Of a stretch of DNA of 64,000 nt, positions 8,107 to 20,588 are shown one piece after another. A model generated the notes under the pieces. That model was not told where the DNA came from and ran no database searches. It was given only the letters and a program-made list of their open reading frames with translations. A program made the position numbers and the translations under genes. Source of the stretch: Gammaproteobacteria bacterium (GTDB lineage: Bacteria; Pseudomonadota; Gammaproteobacteria; HK1); assembly GCA_965243335.1 (NCBI GenBank), contig OZ251545.1, positions 2,030,226 to 2,094,225 of the forward strand, given 5' to 3'. Within the stretch, counting starts at the first letter, position 1. Every line of letters begins with the position of its first letter.

Positions 8107-9324
8107 CTACGCGGCCCGGCCCGCGCGCGCCGTGGAGGCGCCGGCCAGCGCGGCGCCCAGAGAGGCGGCCGCCTCCGCGGCCCCGCTCCTCCCGTGGGGA
8201 ACGTCGAGGGCGGTCAGCGCCGCCTCGAACGTTCCGAGGACGCCGAGCAGCATCGGCGCGTTGACGTGCCCCATGTGGGCGATCCGGATCGCCCGGCCGG
8301 ACAGCTCCGGGCCGATGCCGATTCCGAGGACCACGCCGCAGTGCTCGCGGCAGAAGTCGATCAGGGGCCGCGGGTCGTGGTCCCCGAACCGGAGGGTCGT
8401 GACCGAGTCGGAACGTTCGGACGGCTCGAGGGCGTTGAACCCGAAGGCGCCGCCCTCGGACCAGCGCTCGACCGCGGCGCGGGCCGCGGCGGCGAGCAGG
8501 GCATGTCGGCGGAACACGTTCTCGAGCCCTTCCTCGAGGAGCATGTCGAGGGCGCGGCGGAGCCCGAACATCAGGTGCTCGGGGGCGGTGCCGCAGTACT
8601 TCCGGTAATGCTCGTCCCCTTCCCGGAAGGACCAGTCCCAGTAACGGGTCACGAGGTCGGCGCGGCGGTGGGCCGCGCGGGCCCGCTCCCCGGCCGCGAC
8701 GAACGCGAGGCCGGGCGGGGTCATCAGGCCCTTCTGCGAGCCCGCGACCGTCACGTCGACCCCCCAGGCGTCCATCTCGAAGGGCATGCAGGCGAGGGAG
8801 GCGACCGCGTCGACCATGACGAGCGCCGGATGCCCCGCCTCGGTCACCGCCCGCCGGATGGCGGGGACGTCGTTGACGATGCCGGCCGCGGTGTCGATCT
8901 GGACCGCGAGGACGGCCTTGATCCGGCCTTCCCGGTCGGCCCGGAGGCGCTCCCCCACCGCCTCCGGCTCGATCGCGCGCCGGGGGCGGGCGGCGAGCAG
9001 CTCCACCTCGAGGCCGAGGACCCCGGCCATCTCCGCCCACGCCCCGCCGAACATCCCGCTCTCGAGGGCCAGCACCCGGTCGCCGCGGCTCAGGCAGTTG
9101 ACGAGCGCCGCCTCCCAGGCGCCGTGGCCGTTCGCGGCGTACAGGAAGGGCTCGCTCCCGGTCCGGATGATTTTCTTGAGATCGAATATGCAGCTCGTTG
9201 TTATCCGTATGATTTCACCCGAGTAGAGATCGACCGCCGGGCGGTGCATCGCGGACAGCACCTCGTCGGGAACGGTCGTCGGACCCGGGATGGCGAGAAA
9301 TTCGCGGCCGTTCCGGACGGTCAT
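8107..9324 (-). CDS. class V PLP-dependent aminotransferase (serine/alanine--glyoxylate aminotransferase family)
   Basis: Track ORF 8107..9435, start moved to ATG 9324 (MTVRNGREFLAIPGPTTVPDEVLSAM...). GSQKGLMTPPGLAF contains the PLP-lysine motif. Confidence 0.8.
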   Translation of the reverse strand: MTVRNGREFLAIPGPTTVPDEVLSAMHRPAVDLYSGEIIRITTSCIFDLKKIIRTGSEPFLYAANGHGAWEAALVNCLSRGDRVLALESGMFGGAWAEMAGVLGLEVELLAARPRRAIEPEAVGERLRADREGRIKAVLAVQIDTAAGIVNDVPAIRRAVTEAGHPALVMVDAVASLACMPFEMDAWGVDVTVAGSQKGLMTPPGLAFVAAGERARAAHRRADLVTRYWDWSFREGDEHYRKYCGTAPEHLMFGLRRALDMLLEEGLENVFRRHALLAAAARAAVERWSEGGAFGFNALEPSERSDSVTTLRFGDHDPRPLIDFCREHCGVVLGIGIGPELSGRAIRIAHMGHVNAPMLLGVLGTFEAALTALDVPHGRSGAAEAAASLGAALAGASTARAGRAA

Positions 9325-9489
9325 GGATGCGATCTCCCGATGGCGGAGGGTCTCGAGTGCGGAGGCGCCTTGCGGGGCGGCCCCGCACGCCGGGTGATCT
9401 TGCGGGGGCGGGGCGATCTTGTTCACCGGACGCACGGGGCCGGAGCGGCTCTGGCCCGGCGCCCGGAGCCGGAAAAGTGGGCGGCGGGA

Positions 9490-9735
9490 TCAGTCGGCGG
9501 CCGAACCCCGGCCGTCGAGCCGGCCTTCGACGCGCGCTTGCCGTTCGGCGAGCCGAAGCATTTCGGACCGGAACGCATCCATCGCGACTTGCAAGGCGCG
9601 GCGGTCGGCGGCGGCTTCGGTACGGATGTCGCGGAGGTCGGCGCGAACAGCGTTGATGTCCCGGGCGATGAGCCGCCAGAGACCGACCATGAGGGCGGCA
9701 ATGGCGACGATGAGGGTGAGGCTGTCTCCATCCAT
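9490..9735 (-). CDS. hypothetical small protein: one N-terminal TM helix plus a charged coiled-coil tail (81 aa)
   Basis: Internal ATG of track ORF 9490..9960, whose upstream part overlaps tRNA-Ser. MDGDSLTLIVAIAALMVGLWRLIARDINAVRADLRDIRTEAAADRRALQVAMDAFRSEMLRLAERQARVEGRLDG... Codons are GC3-rich. Confidence 0.45.
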   Translation of the reverse strand: MDGDSLTLIVAIAALMVGLWRLIARDINAVRADLRDIRTEAAADRRALQVAMDAFRSEMLRLAERQARVEGRLDGRGSAAD

Positions 9736-9857
9736 ACTGGTGAGTGTACCCCTCGACAGGCCGACCGGTCCAGATCGCACCGGAGCGTTCCGAGGCGTTC
9801 TGCACCCCCGGGAGATCACATAAAATTTTTCAATTTCAATTTGTTGCGTGATACGTG

Positions 9858-9945
9858 TGGCGGAGAGGGGGGGATTCGAACCCCCGGACCGTCGCCGGTC
9901 AACGGTTTTCAAGACCGCCGCTTTCAGCCGCTCAGCCACCTCTCC
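9858..9945 (-). tRNA. serT: tRNA-Ser (anticodon TGA)
   Basis: Reverse complement GGAGAGGTGGCTGAGCGGCTGAAAGCGGCGGTCTTGAAAACCGTTGACCGGCGACGGTCCGGGGGTTCGAATCCCCCCCTCTCCGCCA. Long variable arm, discriminator G, CCA end. Confidence 0.93.
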
Positions 9946-10052
9946 CCATCCGGGGAGCATAGTCGAACCGCGCGGGGAAGCGTAAGGGGGATCGAAGGCG
10001 GCGCGATGGAAAAACGGCGCGCCGCCCCCATGTTCCGTCCGGGCGCGGCGGC

Positions 10053-10058
10053 TATAAT
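10053..10058 (+). promoter_or_regulatory. candidate -10 box (perfect TATAAT) for the BI-1/YccA-like gene
   Basis: A perfect TATAAT in about 70% GC DNA, 40 nt upstream of ATG 10098, which has SD GGAGG. The -35 region is weak (ATGTTC). Confidence 0.35.
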
Positions 10059-10097
10059 GGGCGCCGCGACAGGCGTTCTCCCGTCCGGAGGTGAATC

Positions 10098-10769
10098 ATG
10101 GCAACGTTCCAGCCGAGTCTCGCCCGCTCCGCCCCTTCGGTGGCGGCCACGAACCGACTCATCCGCAACACGTACTCCCTGCTGGCCCTGACCCTTCTCT
10201 TCAGCGGCCTCACCGCCGGGCTCTCGATGGCGCTCGCCATGCCCCCCATGGTCCACCTGCTGTCCCTCGGCGGGGCCCTGCTCCTCATCTGGTTCGTGCT
10301 GCCGAAGGCGGCGCGTTCGGCGCGCGGCCTCGGGGTCGTGTTCGCGATCACCGGCCTGCTCGGCTTCGGTCTCGGGCCGATCCTCTCCTACTACCTCGCC
10401 CTGCCGAACGGGTCGAGCATCGTGATGACCGCCCTCGGCGGAACGGGGGTCATCTTCCTCGCCCTCTCCGGCTATGCGCTCACCACCCGGCGGGATTTCA
10501 GCTTCCTCGGCGGCTTCCTGTTCGCCGGGTTCGTGGTGGTCCTCGCCGCGGCGGTGGCCAACGTCTTCCTGCAGATCCCGCTCCTCTCGCTCGTCATCTC
10601 GGCGGTGGTGATCCTCATCATGAGCGGGTTCATCCTGTTCGACACGGGCCGGATGGTGAACGGCGGCGAGACCAACTACATCCTCGCCACCGTCTCCCTC
10701 TACCTCAGCATCTTCAACATCTTCATCCACCTCCTGCACCTGCTCGGGTTCGCGAGCGGCGACGACTGA
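10098..10769 (+). CDS. yccA: Bax inhibitor-1/YccA family membrane protein
   Basis: Track ORF of 223 aa. Seven hydrophobic segments, N-terminal NRLIRNTYSLLALTLLFS, and a C-terminal ...NYILATVSLYLSIFNIFIHLLHLLG typical of the BI-1 family. Confidence 0.88.
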   Translation: MATFQPSLARSAPSVAATNRLIRNTYSLLALTLLFSGLTAGLSMALAMPPMVHLLSLGGALLLIWFVLPKAARSARGLGVVFAITGLLGFGLGPILSYYLALPNGSSIVMTALGGTGVIFLALSGYALTTRRDFSFLGGFLFAGFVVVLAAAVANVFLQIPLLSLVISAVVILIMSGFILFDTGRMVNGGETNYILATVSLYLSIFNIFIHLLHLLGFASGDD

Positions 10770-10821
10770 TCCCGGCCGCCCCGCCCCGGGGCGCGGCGCG
10801 TCCGGCCCTCGGGGACCCGCG

Positions 10822-11001
10822 ATGGACTGGATGCAGATCGGCGGCGCCATCCTGCTCGGCGCGATGCTGGTCTTCCTGATCCCGCGCCTGCCGGGGATCC
10901 TGCGGGCGACGCCCAAGGCTTCCGGGAGCCAGTGGCTGGCCGCGCTCATCCCGATCGCCCTGGTCGGCGCCTTCGTCTTTCTGCTGATGAAGCTGGTGTG
11001 A
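10822..11001 (+). CDS. hypothetical small membrane protein (59 aa, two predicted TM helices)
   Basis: Not in the track because it is under 60 aa. ATG GAC TGG...GTG TGA translates to MDWMQIGGAILLGAMLVFLIPRLPGILRATPKASGSQWLAALIPIALVGAFVFLLMKLV. Strong GC3 bias, 52 nt downstream of the yccA-like gene. Confidence 0.4.
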   Translation: MDWMQIGGAILLGAMLVFLIPRLPGILRATPKASGSQWLAALIPIALVGAFVFLLMKLV

Positions 11002-11226
11002 TCGACGGCCTCCGGGCCCTCTCCGGATCCAGCGGCTGCCAGGGGAGGGATGCGCGGCGGCAGGCGAGGAGACCGCCGCCCTCCCCTCCCGCATCCGCCG
11101 CTTTCTCCACCATGCGAGGATCCCCGGCCCTCTGATTGGCCTCCGGGGCCGCGACCCCTATGCTGGATTGGAGATACGGCCCGCGGGGAGGCCCGGGAGC
11201 CGGCGCGCGGCGAACGGCGCGCAAGG

Positions 11227-13813
<2,587 letters not shown>

Positions 13814-13814
13814 G

Positions 13815-14483
13815 TCATTCGCCCCGGACGACGTCCGCTTCCGGCGGCGGCGCGAACCGGAACAGCTCGTCGGCGAGGGGCGGCCCGGCCTCGACGTCGA
13901 AGAATTCGATCCGGGTGGTCTGGCCGAACCCGTCCTCCATCTCGAGCGCGCGGAGCGCCTCTCCCTGCAGGCCGACCCGGAGCGCGCGGAACGCGGGCTC
14001 CGCGCCGTGCGGAACGAGCTCGATCCAGTCCACCCCCCCGACGGGTTCGAGGGCCGCGACCCGGAAATGCCGTCCGGCGCGGGCCCCCGGCCCGGCGAGC
14101 AGCGAAGCGGGGGTCCCTTCCAGGGCGGCGGCGACCGGGCGCACCGTCACCTGTTCGAGCTCGACGTCGTACCACCAGAGGCTCTCCCCGTCCGCCACGA
14201 TGAGCTGCGGCTCCGGGGCCTCGTAGTCCCACCGGAAGCGCCAGGGCCGGCGGAAGGCGACGGTCCCGTGCGACTCGTCGAGCCGGACCCCGGCCTCGTC
14301 GAACACCGTCTGGGTGAACCGCGCGCGAAGGGACTCGTGGGCGGCGAGCCAGCCGTCGATCCGTGCTTCGGCGCCCTCGTCCGCCCCTGCCGACACAGGC
14401 GCGACCGAGGCCGCCGCCGCGAGCAGCGCCGCCGCCAGAGCGGCGACCGACGCCCGAGCCCGAGCTCCGGAGAAGGAGGGCAT
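13815..14483 (-). CDS. lolA: outer-membrane lipoprotein carrier protein LolA
   Basis: Internal ATG 14483 of track ORF 13815..16403. Signal peptide [32 protein letters not shown], then FTQTVFDE...FRWDYEAPEPQLIVADGESLWWYDVELEQVTV. ATGA overlap with the ftsK stop. Confidence 0.88.
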   Translation of the reverse strand: MPSFSGARARASVAALAAALLAAAASVAPVSAGADEGAEARIDGWLAAHESLRARFTQTVFDEAGVRLDESHGTVAFRRPWRFRWDYEAPEPQLIVADGESLWWYDVELEQVTVRPVAAALEGTPASLLAGPGARAGRHFRVAALEPVGGVDWIELVPHGAEPAFRALRVGLQGEALRALEMEDGFGQTTRIEFFDVEAGPPLADELFRFAPPPEADVVRGE

Positions 14484-16897
14484 CACTCCGGTGGAGGGGC
14501 GGCCAGGACCTCCCGCGACCCGTTCGACTGCACCGGCCCGACCACCCCGGCCGCCTCCATCTGCTCGACCATCCTCGCGGCCCGGTTGTAGCCGATCTTC
14601 AACCGGCGCTGCACCCCCGAGATCGACGCCCGCCGGGATTCGGTGACCATGCGGACCGCCTCGTCGTAGAGCGGATCGGCCTCCCCGTCGTCGCCCTCGC
14701 CTTCGCCGGCGCCGCCGGACCCGGCGAGCCCCTCGCCGCCCTCCAGCACGCCGTCCACGTAGTCCGGCTCCCCCCCCGACTTGAGGTCGTCCACCACCCG
14801 GTGCACCTCCTGGTCGCTCACGAACGCCCCGTGCACGCGGGACGGCGCCTGCATTCCCGGCGTGAGGTGAAGCATGTCGCCGTGTCCGAGGAGCTGCTCC
14901 GCGCCGCCCTGGTCGAGAATGGTCCTCGAATCGATCCGCGACGAGACCTGGAACGCGATCCGGCTGGGAACGTTCGCCTTGATGAGCCCCGTGATCACGT
15001 CCACCGAGGGCCGCTGGGTCGCGAGGAGGAGATGGATGCCCGACGCCCGGGCCTTCTGGGCCAGCCGGGCGATGAGCTGCTCGATCTTCTTTCCGGCCAC
15101 CATCATCAGGTCGGCGAGCTCGTCCACCACCACCACGATGAGGGGCATCGGCTCGGTCAGCAGGCCGTCCCCGCCCCCCCCCGCTTCCGCCATCGGGTCG
15201 GGGATGGGCTCGCCGGCCTTCACCGCCTCCGCGACCTTGCGGTTGAAGCCGGCGAGGTTCCTGACCCCGAGCGCGGACATCACCCGGTAGCGGCGCTCCA
15301 TCTCGCCGATGCACCAGCGAAAGGCGTTGGCCGCATCCTTCATGTCGGTCACCACCGGGGCCAGCAGGTGGGGAATGCCCTCGTATACCGAGAGCTCCAG
15401 CATCTTCGGGTCGACCATGATGAGCCGCGCCTGCTCGGGCGACGCCTTGTAGAGGATGCTCAGGATCATCGCGTTCAGGGCGACGGACTTCCCGGAGCCG
15501 GTGGTCCCGGCGACGAGGAGATGGGGCATCCGGGCCAGGTCCACGACCACGGGCTGGCCGGCGATGTCCTTGCCGAGGCCGAGGGTGACCGGAGACGCGC
15601 TCCGTTCGTAGTCCGCGGAGCCGAGTATCTCGCTCAGGTAGACGAGCTCGACCTTTTCGTTCGGGACCTCGAGGCCGATCACGGACTTCCCGGGGATGAT
15701 CTCGACGATCCGCACGCTCACCGTCGAGAGGGACCGGGCGAGGTCCTTGGCGAGGGAGGTCACCCGGCTTACCTTGAGGCCCGGCGACGGCTCGAGCTCG
15801 AAGCGGGTGATGACCGGCCCGGGGTGGACGGCCACCACCTCCACGTCGATCCCGAAGTCGCGCAGCTTGACCTCCACCTGCCGGGACATCGTCTCGAGGG
15901 CCGCTTCCGACATCGCGGGCGGCCGGTCGGAAGGCTTGTCGAGATGGGCGAGCTCCGGCAGCCGGGGGCCCGGCGGCTCGAAGAGAACGGTCTGCCGTTC
16001 CTGTTCGACGCGAGGGCTCGGCTCGATCTCGGCCAGCACCGGTTCGATACGCGGCGCCTGCTTGCGTTTCGGCTTGCGCCGGGTCTTCGCGGCCACCGTC
16101 TGCACCCGCTCCTCGCGGGCGTGGGAAACCTCGCGGCGTTCGCGCCGCCGCTTCGACCGGCCGGCCACCGAAGCGAACAGGGACAGGGTGAGGCGTCCCG
16201 TCGTCTCCATCACGGTGAGCCAGGACACCCGCGTGAACAGCGCCCAGCCCACGAGCAGCACGCCCAGCATCACCACCGTGGCGCCCAGGAAATCGAAGGC
16301 CGCGAAGAGCGCGTGGCCGATGACGGCCCCCAGGATGCCCCCGGCCCCGATCCCTTCCGGAAGCGTGCCCGCGTCCCCATAGTGCAGGGTGGCCACCCCG
16401 CACGCGGCCATGAGCACCATCGCGAACCCGATCCCGCGCGCGCCCCAGACGAGGCGGCCGGACGGGCGTTCACGGTCGACGAGCAGGACGACCCCCGCGA
16501 CCACGAGCAGGATCGGAAGGGTCCACGCCATGTGTCCGAACAGCTGGAGCAGGAGATCGGAGATCCACGCGCCGACCACCCCGCCCCGGTTGACGACGTG
16601 CTCCGACCCGTTGCGGACCGACCAGCTCGGATCGCCGCGGTGATAGCTGGAGATCGCGATGGCGAGAAAGAGGGCGACGGCCGCGAGCCCGGCGAGGGTC
16701 GCTTCCCGCCCTCCCCGGCCGAACGCCTTGGCGAGCAGCCGTACCGTCCTCGGTGGATTGATCTGCGCCAACCGGAGATGCCGGGTTCGAACCGGGCCGA
16801 AATTATCCCCTGAATCGACACCCGGCTCAATCGAGTAGTGATATTCGTTCTTCGATTCCACATCCAATCCTTTATGAAACAAGAGAGATTCAGACAT
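14483..16897 (-). CDS. ftsK: DNA translocase FtsK
   Basis: Track ORF 14483..17335. N-terminal membrane domain ([11 protein letters not shown]), C-terminal motor ([20 protein letters not shown]) and gamma domain ([23 protein letters not shown]). Start set at ATG 16897, but the first 35 or so codons are AT-rich and atypical, so the true start may be downstream (for example a TTG near 16768). Confidence 0.88.
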   Translation of the reverse strand: MSESLLFHKGLDVESKNEYHYSIEPGVDSGDNFGPVRTRHLRLAQINPPRTVRLLAKAFGRGGREATLAGLAAVALFLAIAISSYHRGDPSWSVRNGSEHVVNRGGVVGAWISDLLLQLFGHMAWTLPILLVVAGVVLLVDRERPSGRLVWGARGIGFAMVLMAACGVATLHYGDAGTLPEGIGAGGILGAVIGHALFAAFDFLGATVVMLGVLLVGWALFTRVSWLTVMETTGRLTLSLFASVAGRSKRRRERREVSHAREERVQTVAAKTRRKPKRKQAPRIEPVLAEIEPSPRVEQERQTVLFEPPGPRLPELAHLDKPSDRPPAMSEAALETMSRQVEVKLRDFGIDVEVVAVHPGPVITRFELEPSPGLKVSRVTSLAKDLARSLSTVSVRIVEIIPGKSVIGLEVPNEKVELVYLSEILGSADYERSASPVTLGLGKDIAGQPVVVDLARMPHLLVAGTTGSGKSVALNAMILSILYKASPEQARLIMVDPKMLELSVYEGIPHLLAPVVTDMKDAANAFRWCIGEMERRYRVMSALGVRNLAGFNRKVAEAVKAGEPIPDPMAEAGGGGDGLLTEPMPLIVVVVDELADLMMVAGKKIEQLIARLAQKARASGIHLLLATQRPSVDVITGLIKANVPSRIAFQVSSRIDSRTILDQGGAEQLLGHGDMLHLTPGMQAPSRVHGAFVSDQEVHRVVDDLKSGGEPDYVDGVLEGGEGLAGSGGAGEGEGDDGEADPLYDEAVRMVTESRRASISGVQRRLKIGYNRAARMVEQMEAAGVVGPVQSNGSREVLAAPPPE

Positions 16898-17000
16898 CCC
16901 GGAGATCCGATGCAAGCCGTTCCGGGAAAGGGCCCCGGGCCGACCGGCCCGGAAGCTCCGGGCGAGGCCCGGGCGGCCGTGTCGAGGAGAGCCGGTATAG

Positions 17001-18029
<1,029 letters not shown>

Positions 18030-18093
18030 CCCCGACCGGCTCGCGGACGCCGACCGGCCGGCGCGCGATGGCGGGGAGGCCCGGTACTCGCGC

Positions 18094-18759
18094 ATGGCTG
18101 GCGCGGCGCGGCTCATCGCTCCGGGCTCGCCCCCGGACGCCTTTCCGGACCCGCGACATGCCCCGGGAGACCGCCCCCTCGCGGTGGGCGGCGACCTCGC
18201 GGTCGAACGCCTGGTCCGGGCCTACCGGCGCGGGATCTTCCCGTGGTACTCGGGCGGGGGGCCGATCCTGTGGTGGTCGCCGGACCCTCGCGCGGTCATC
18301 GTCCCCGCCGAGCTGCGGGTCTCCCGGCGGCTCCGGCGGCGCCTGCGCCGCAACGAGTTCCGGATCACCGAGAACGCCGCGTTCGCCGAGGTCGTGAAGG
18401 GCTGCGCCGCCCCGAGGCGGGACGGCGAGCCCGGGACCTGGATCGGCCCCGAGATGCAGGAGGCGTATCGCGCCCTCCACGCGGCCGGGCACGCCCGCTC
18501 GCTCGAGTGCTGGCAGGAGGGGGTGCTGGTGGGCGGGGTCTACGGCGTCGAGGTGGGGCCGGTCTTCTGCGGCGAGTCGATGTTCTCGCGGGTCCCGGAC
18601 GCTTCCAAGGCCGCCCTCGCCTTCCTGTGCGCGAAGGGATACGCCCTCGTCGATTGCCAGGTCCCGAACGGCCACCTGATGCGGATGGGGGCGCGCCTCG
18701 TTCCACGCCGCGAGTTTCTCGCCGTCCTCGCCCATTACGCGGGTCCGGAGGCTCGCTGA
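18094..18759 (+). CDS. aat: leucyl/phenylalanyl-tRNA--protein transferase
   Basis: Track ORF of 221 aa. LVRAYRRGIFPWYSGGGPILWWSPDPRAV...GVYGVEVGPVFCGESMFS. Followed by infA as in E. coli. Confidence 0.9.
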   Translation: MAGAARLIAPGSPPDAFPDPRHAPGDRPLAVGGDLAVERLVRAYRRGIFPWYSGGGPILWWSPDPRAVIVPAELRVSRRLRRRLRRNEFRITENAAFAEVVKGCAAPRRDGEPGTWIGPEMQEAYRALHAAGHARSLECWQEGVLVGGVYGVEVGPVFCGESMFSRVPDASKAALAFLCAKGYALVDCQVPNGHLMRMGARLVPRREFLAVLAHYAGPEAR

Positions 18760-18846
18760 CCCGCGGGTCTCCGCGCGCCTTCTTCCTTGCCAACCGGGGG
18801 CTCAGACCGGAGAATACCGCCCGGTATCGGGAACCGGGAGTCGCGC

Positions 18847-19065
18847 TTGCCGAAGGAAGACCATATCGAAATGGAAGGCGTCGTCGCCGAGACGCTGCCG
18901 AACACCATGTTCCGGGTGGAGCTCGAGAACGGACATACCGTGACCGCGCACATCTCGGGAAAAATGCGAAAGAACTACATCCGCATCCTGACCGGTGACA
19001 AGGTCACCGTGCAGCTCACGCCCTACGATCTGACCAAGGGCAGGATCGTCTACCGGGCGAGGTAG
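18847..19065 (+). CDS. infA: translation initiation factor IF-1
   Basis: Track ORF 18787..19065. Start set at in-frame TTG 18847 with SD GGGAG 6 nt upstream, giving (M)[71 protein letters not shown] (72 aa), collinear with E. coli IF-1. Confidence 0.93.
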   Translation: MPKEDHIEMEGVVAETLPNTMFRVELENGHTVTAHISGKMRKNYIRILTGDKVTVQLTPYDLTKGRIVYRAR

Positions 19066-19113
19066 CGCGGCCCCCCTCCCCCGCTTCGCCGCGGGCGCGG
19101 GCGGGCCGGCGGG

Positions 19114-19827
19114 TCAGCCGCTCGTCGGGACGGATAGGGCACGGTACGGCCCCGGATCGATCTCGATCATGGTGAGCCGGGCCCCCGCGAACTGCCGGTA
19201 CACCGCTCCGGTGTCGATGAAGCGCACGTTCTCCGCCTCGACGATCCGGGTCGTCGGGGTATGGCCGCAGACCACCAGATCCACCCCCGAAACGCGCCCG
19301 GCCGATTCCCCGGCCACCCGTTCGCGCGACCACAGCGCGTGCTCGACGGCGCGTTCATCCCCCGACTCCAGGCGCGAGAGGAAGTCGGCCCACGAGTTCG
19401 ACCGGGGCGCGTCGGCGTGGACCACTCCCACCTTCCCCCGCGACGCGGCGATCTCGATCGCGATGGGAAGCTCCGCGCACGCCTCGCGGAACGCGGCGCG
19501 CTCGGCGGGTCCGCAATCGAGCCACCAGGCGCCCCCGTTGTGACGGATCCAGAGGTTCCGGGTGGCCGGGTCGTCGGAGTCGAGCAAGAGCTGCTCGTGG
19601 TTGCCGCGAACCGCGTGGAGCCACGGCTTCGCGAGCCAGTCGAGCGCCTCGCGCGAGCGGGGGCCGCGGTCGATGAGGTCCCCCACCGAGAAGAGCCGGT
19701 CGCGCTCTTCGTCGAACCGCGCCAGGGCCAGCAGCTCGCCGAGGGCCGGGAACATCCCGTGGACGTCCCCGACCACGAAGTCGCGCCCGGCCGGATTGCG
19801 GGCGAATCGCCGATACGGACGGTACAT
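19114..19827 (-). CDS. metallophosphoesterase (PPP-family Ser/Thr phosphatase, PrpA/ApaH-like)
   Basis: Internal ATG 19827 of track ORF 19114..20700. Motifs GDVHG, GDLIDRG and RGNHE. 237 aa. Starts 2 nt after the kdsB stop. Confidence 0.8.
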   Translation of the reverse strand: MYRPYRRFARNPAGRDFVVGDVHGMFPALGELLALARFDEERDRLFSVGDLIDRGPRSREALDWLAKPWLHAVRGNHEQLLLDSDDPATRNLWIRHNGGAWWLDCGPAERAAFREACAELPIAIEIAASRGKVGVVHADAPRSNSWADFLSRLESGDERAVEHALWSRERVAGESAGRVSGVDLVVCGHTPTTRIVEAENVRFIDTGAVYRQFAGARLTMIEIDPGPYRALSVPTSG

Positions 19828-19829
19828 CT

Positions 19830-20588
19830 TCAGCTTCCGCCGACGAGCGCGCGGACCCGGGCGAGGTCCGCCTCCGTATCGACTCCCGGCCCCGGCGGGG
19901 CCGCCGCCAGGTCCACGTGGATCCTTCCGCCGTGGGCCAGCACCCGGAGCTGCTCCAGCGATTCCGCGGCCTCGAGCGCGGCGGGCGGGCGCCGCACGTA
20001 GCCGCACACGAAGCGGGCGCGGTAGGCGTAGAGGCCGAGGTGCCGGAAGTGCTCCCCGGGGCGCCAGTCTTCGCGGCGGGGAAACCCGTCCCTCCGCCAC
20101 GGGATGGGGGCCCGGCTGAAGTACAGGGCGAAGCCCGCATCGTCGCGGACGACTTTGACCACGTTGGGGTCGAACACCTCGTCCGCCGACTCGATCGGCT
20201 CGCACAGGGTGGCCACGTCCGCCGCGGGCCGGGACGCGAGGTTGGCGGCCGCCTGGCGGATGAGCTCGGGGGGAAGCAGGGGTTCGTCCGCCTGCACGTT
20301 GACGATAACCGCATCCGGATCGACGTCCATCCGTTCCACGACCTCTGCGACCCGTTCGGTCCCCGAACGGTGGGCGGCCGACGTGCGGCAGACCTCCGCT
20401 CCGGCCACCGCGTCCGCGACCCGCTCGTCGTCCACCGCCACGATCACCCGCCCCGCCCCGCTCTCCCGGGCCCGTTCGTAGACGCGCCGGACCATCGGCT
20501 TCCCCGCGATCTCGAGCAGAACCTTCCGCGGCAGCCGCGTCGACGCGAGCCGCGCGGGAATGACCGCGATGAAAGGCTCGTCCTTCAT
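19830..20588 (-). CDS. kdsB: 3-deoxy-manno-octulosonate cytidylyltransferase (CMP-KDO synthetase)
   Basis: Internal ATG 20588 of track ORF 19830..21545. MKDEPFIAVIPARLASTRLPRKVLLEIAGKPMV...NVQADEPLL. 252 aa. ATGA overlap with the lpxK stop. Confidence 0.93.
   Translation of the reverse strand: MKDEPFIAVIPARLASTRLPRKVLLEIAGKPMVRRVYERARESGAGRVIVAVDDERVADAVAGAEVCRTSAAHRSGTERVAEVVERMDVDPDAVIVNVQADEPLLPPELIRQAAANLASRPAADVATLCEPIESADEVFDPNVVKVVRDDAGFALYFSRAPIPWRRDGFPRREDWRPGEHFRHLGLYAYRARFVCGYVRRPPAALEAAESLEQLRVLAHGGRIHVDLAAAPPGPGVDTEADLARVRALVGGS

Noticed and set aside
5244-8264. Very long alternate-frame ORFs in the track, for example 5244..8264 (+, 1006 aa), 20585..24889 (-, 1434 aa), 29537..33625 (+, 1362 aa), 58873..61989 (-, 1038 aa) and 13815..16403 (-, 862 aa).
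   Set aside because: They are Arg/Pro/Gly/Ala-rich low-complexity translations that run antisense or out of frame through clearly recognisable genes (uvrC, comEC, sdhA/B, mrpD, ftsK). Stop codons are rare at about 70% GC. Only the terminal segments that match real proteins (lpxK, ygfZ, lolA) were kept.
11040-11110. A GC-rich imperfect inverted repeat (GGGGAGGG...CCCTCCCC around GGCGGC/GCCGCC) between the small membrane ORF and the convergent serS, considered as a bidirectional terminator.
   Set aside because: There is no U-tract on either strand, and several competing pairings are possible. I cannot support a terminator call without a folding calculation.
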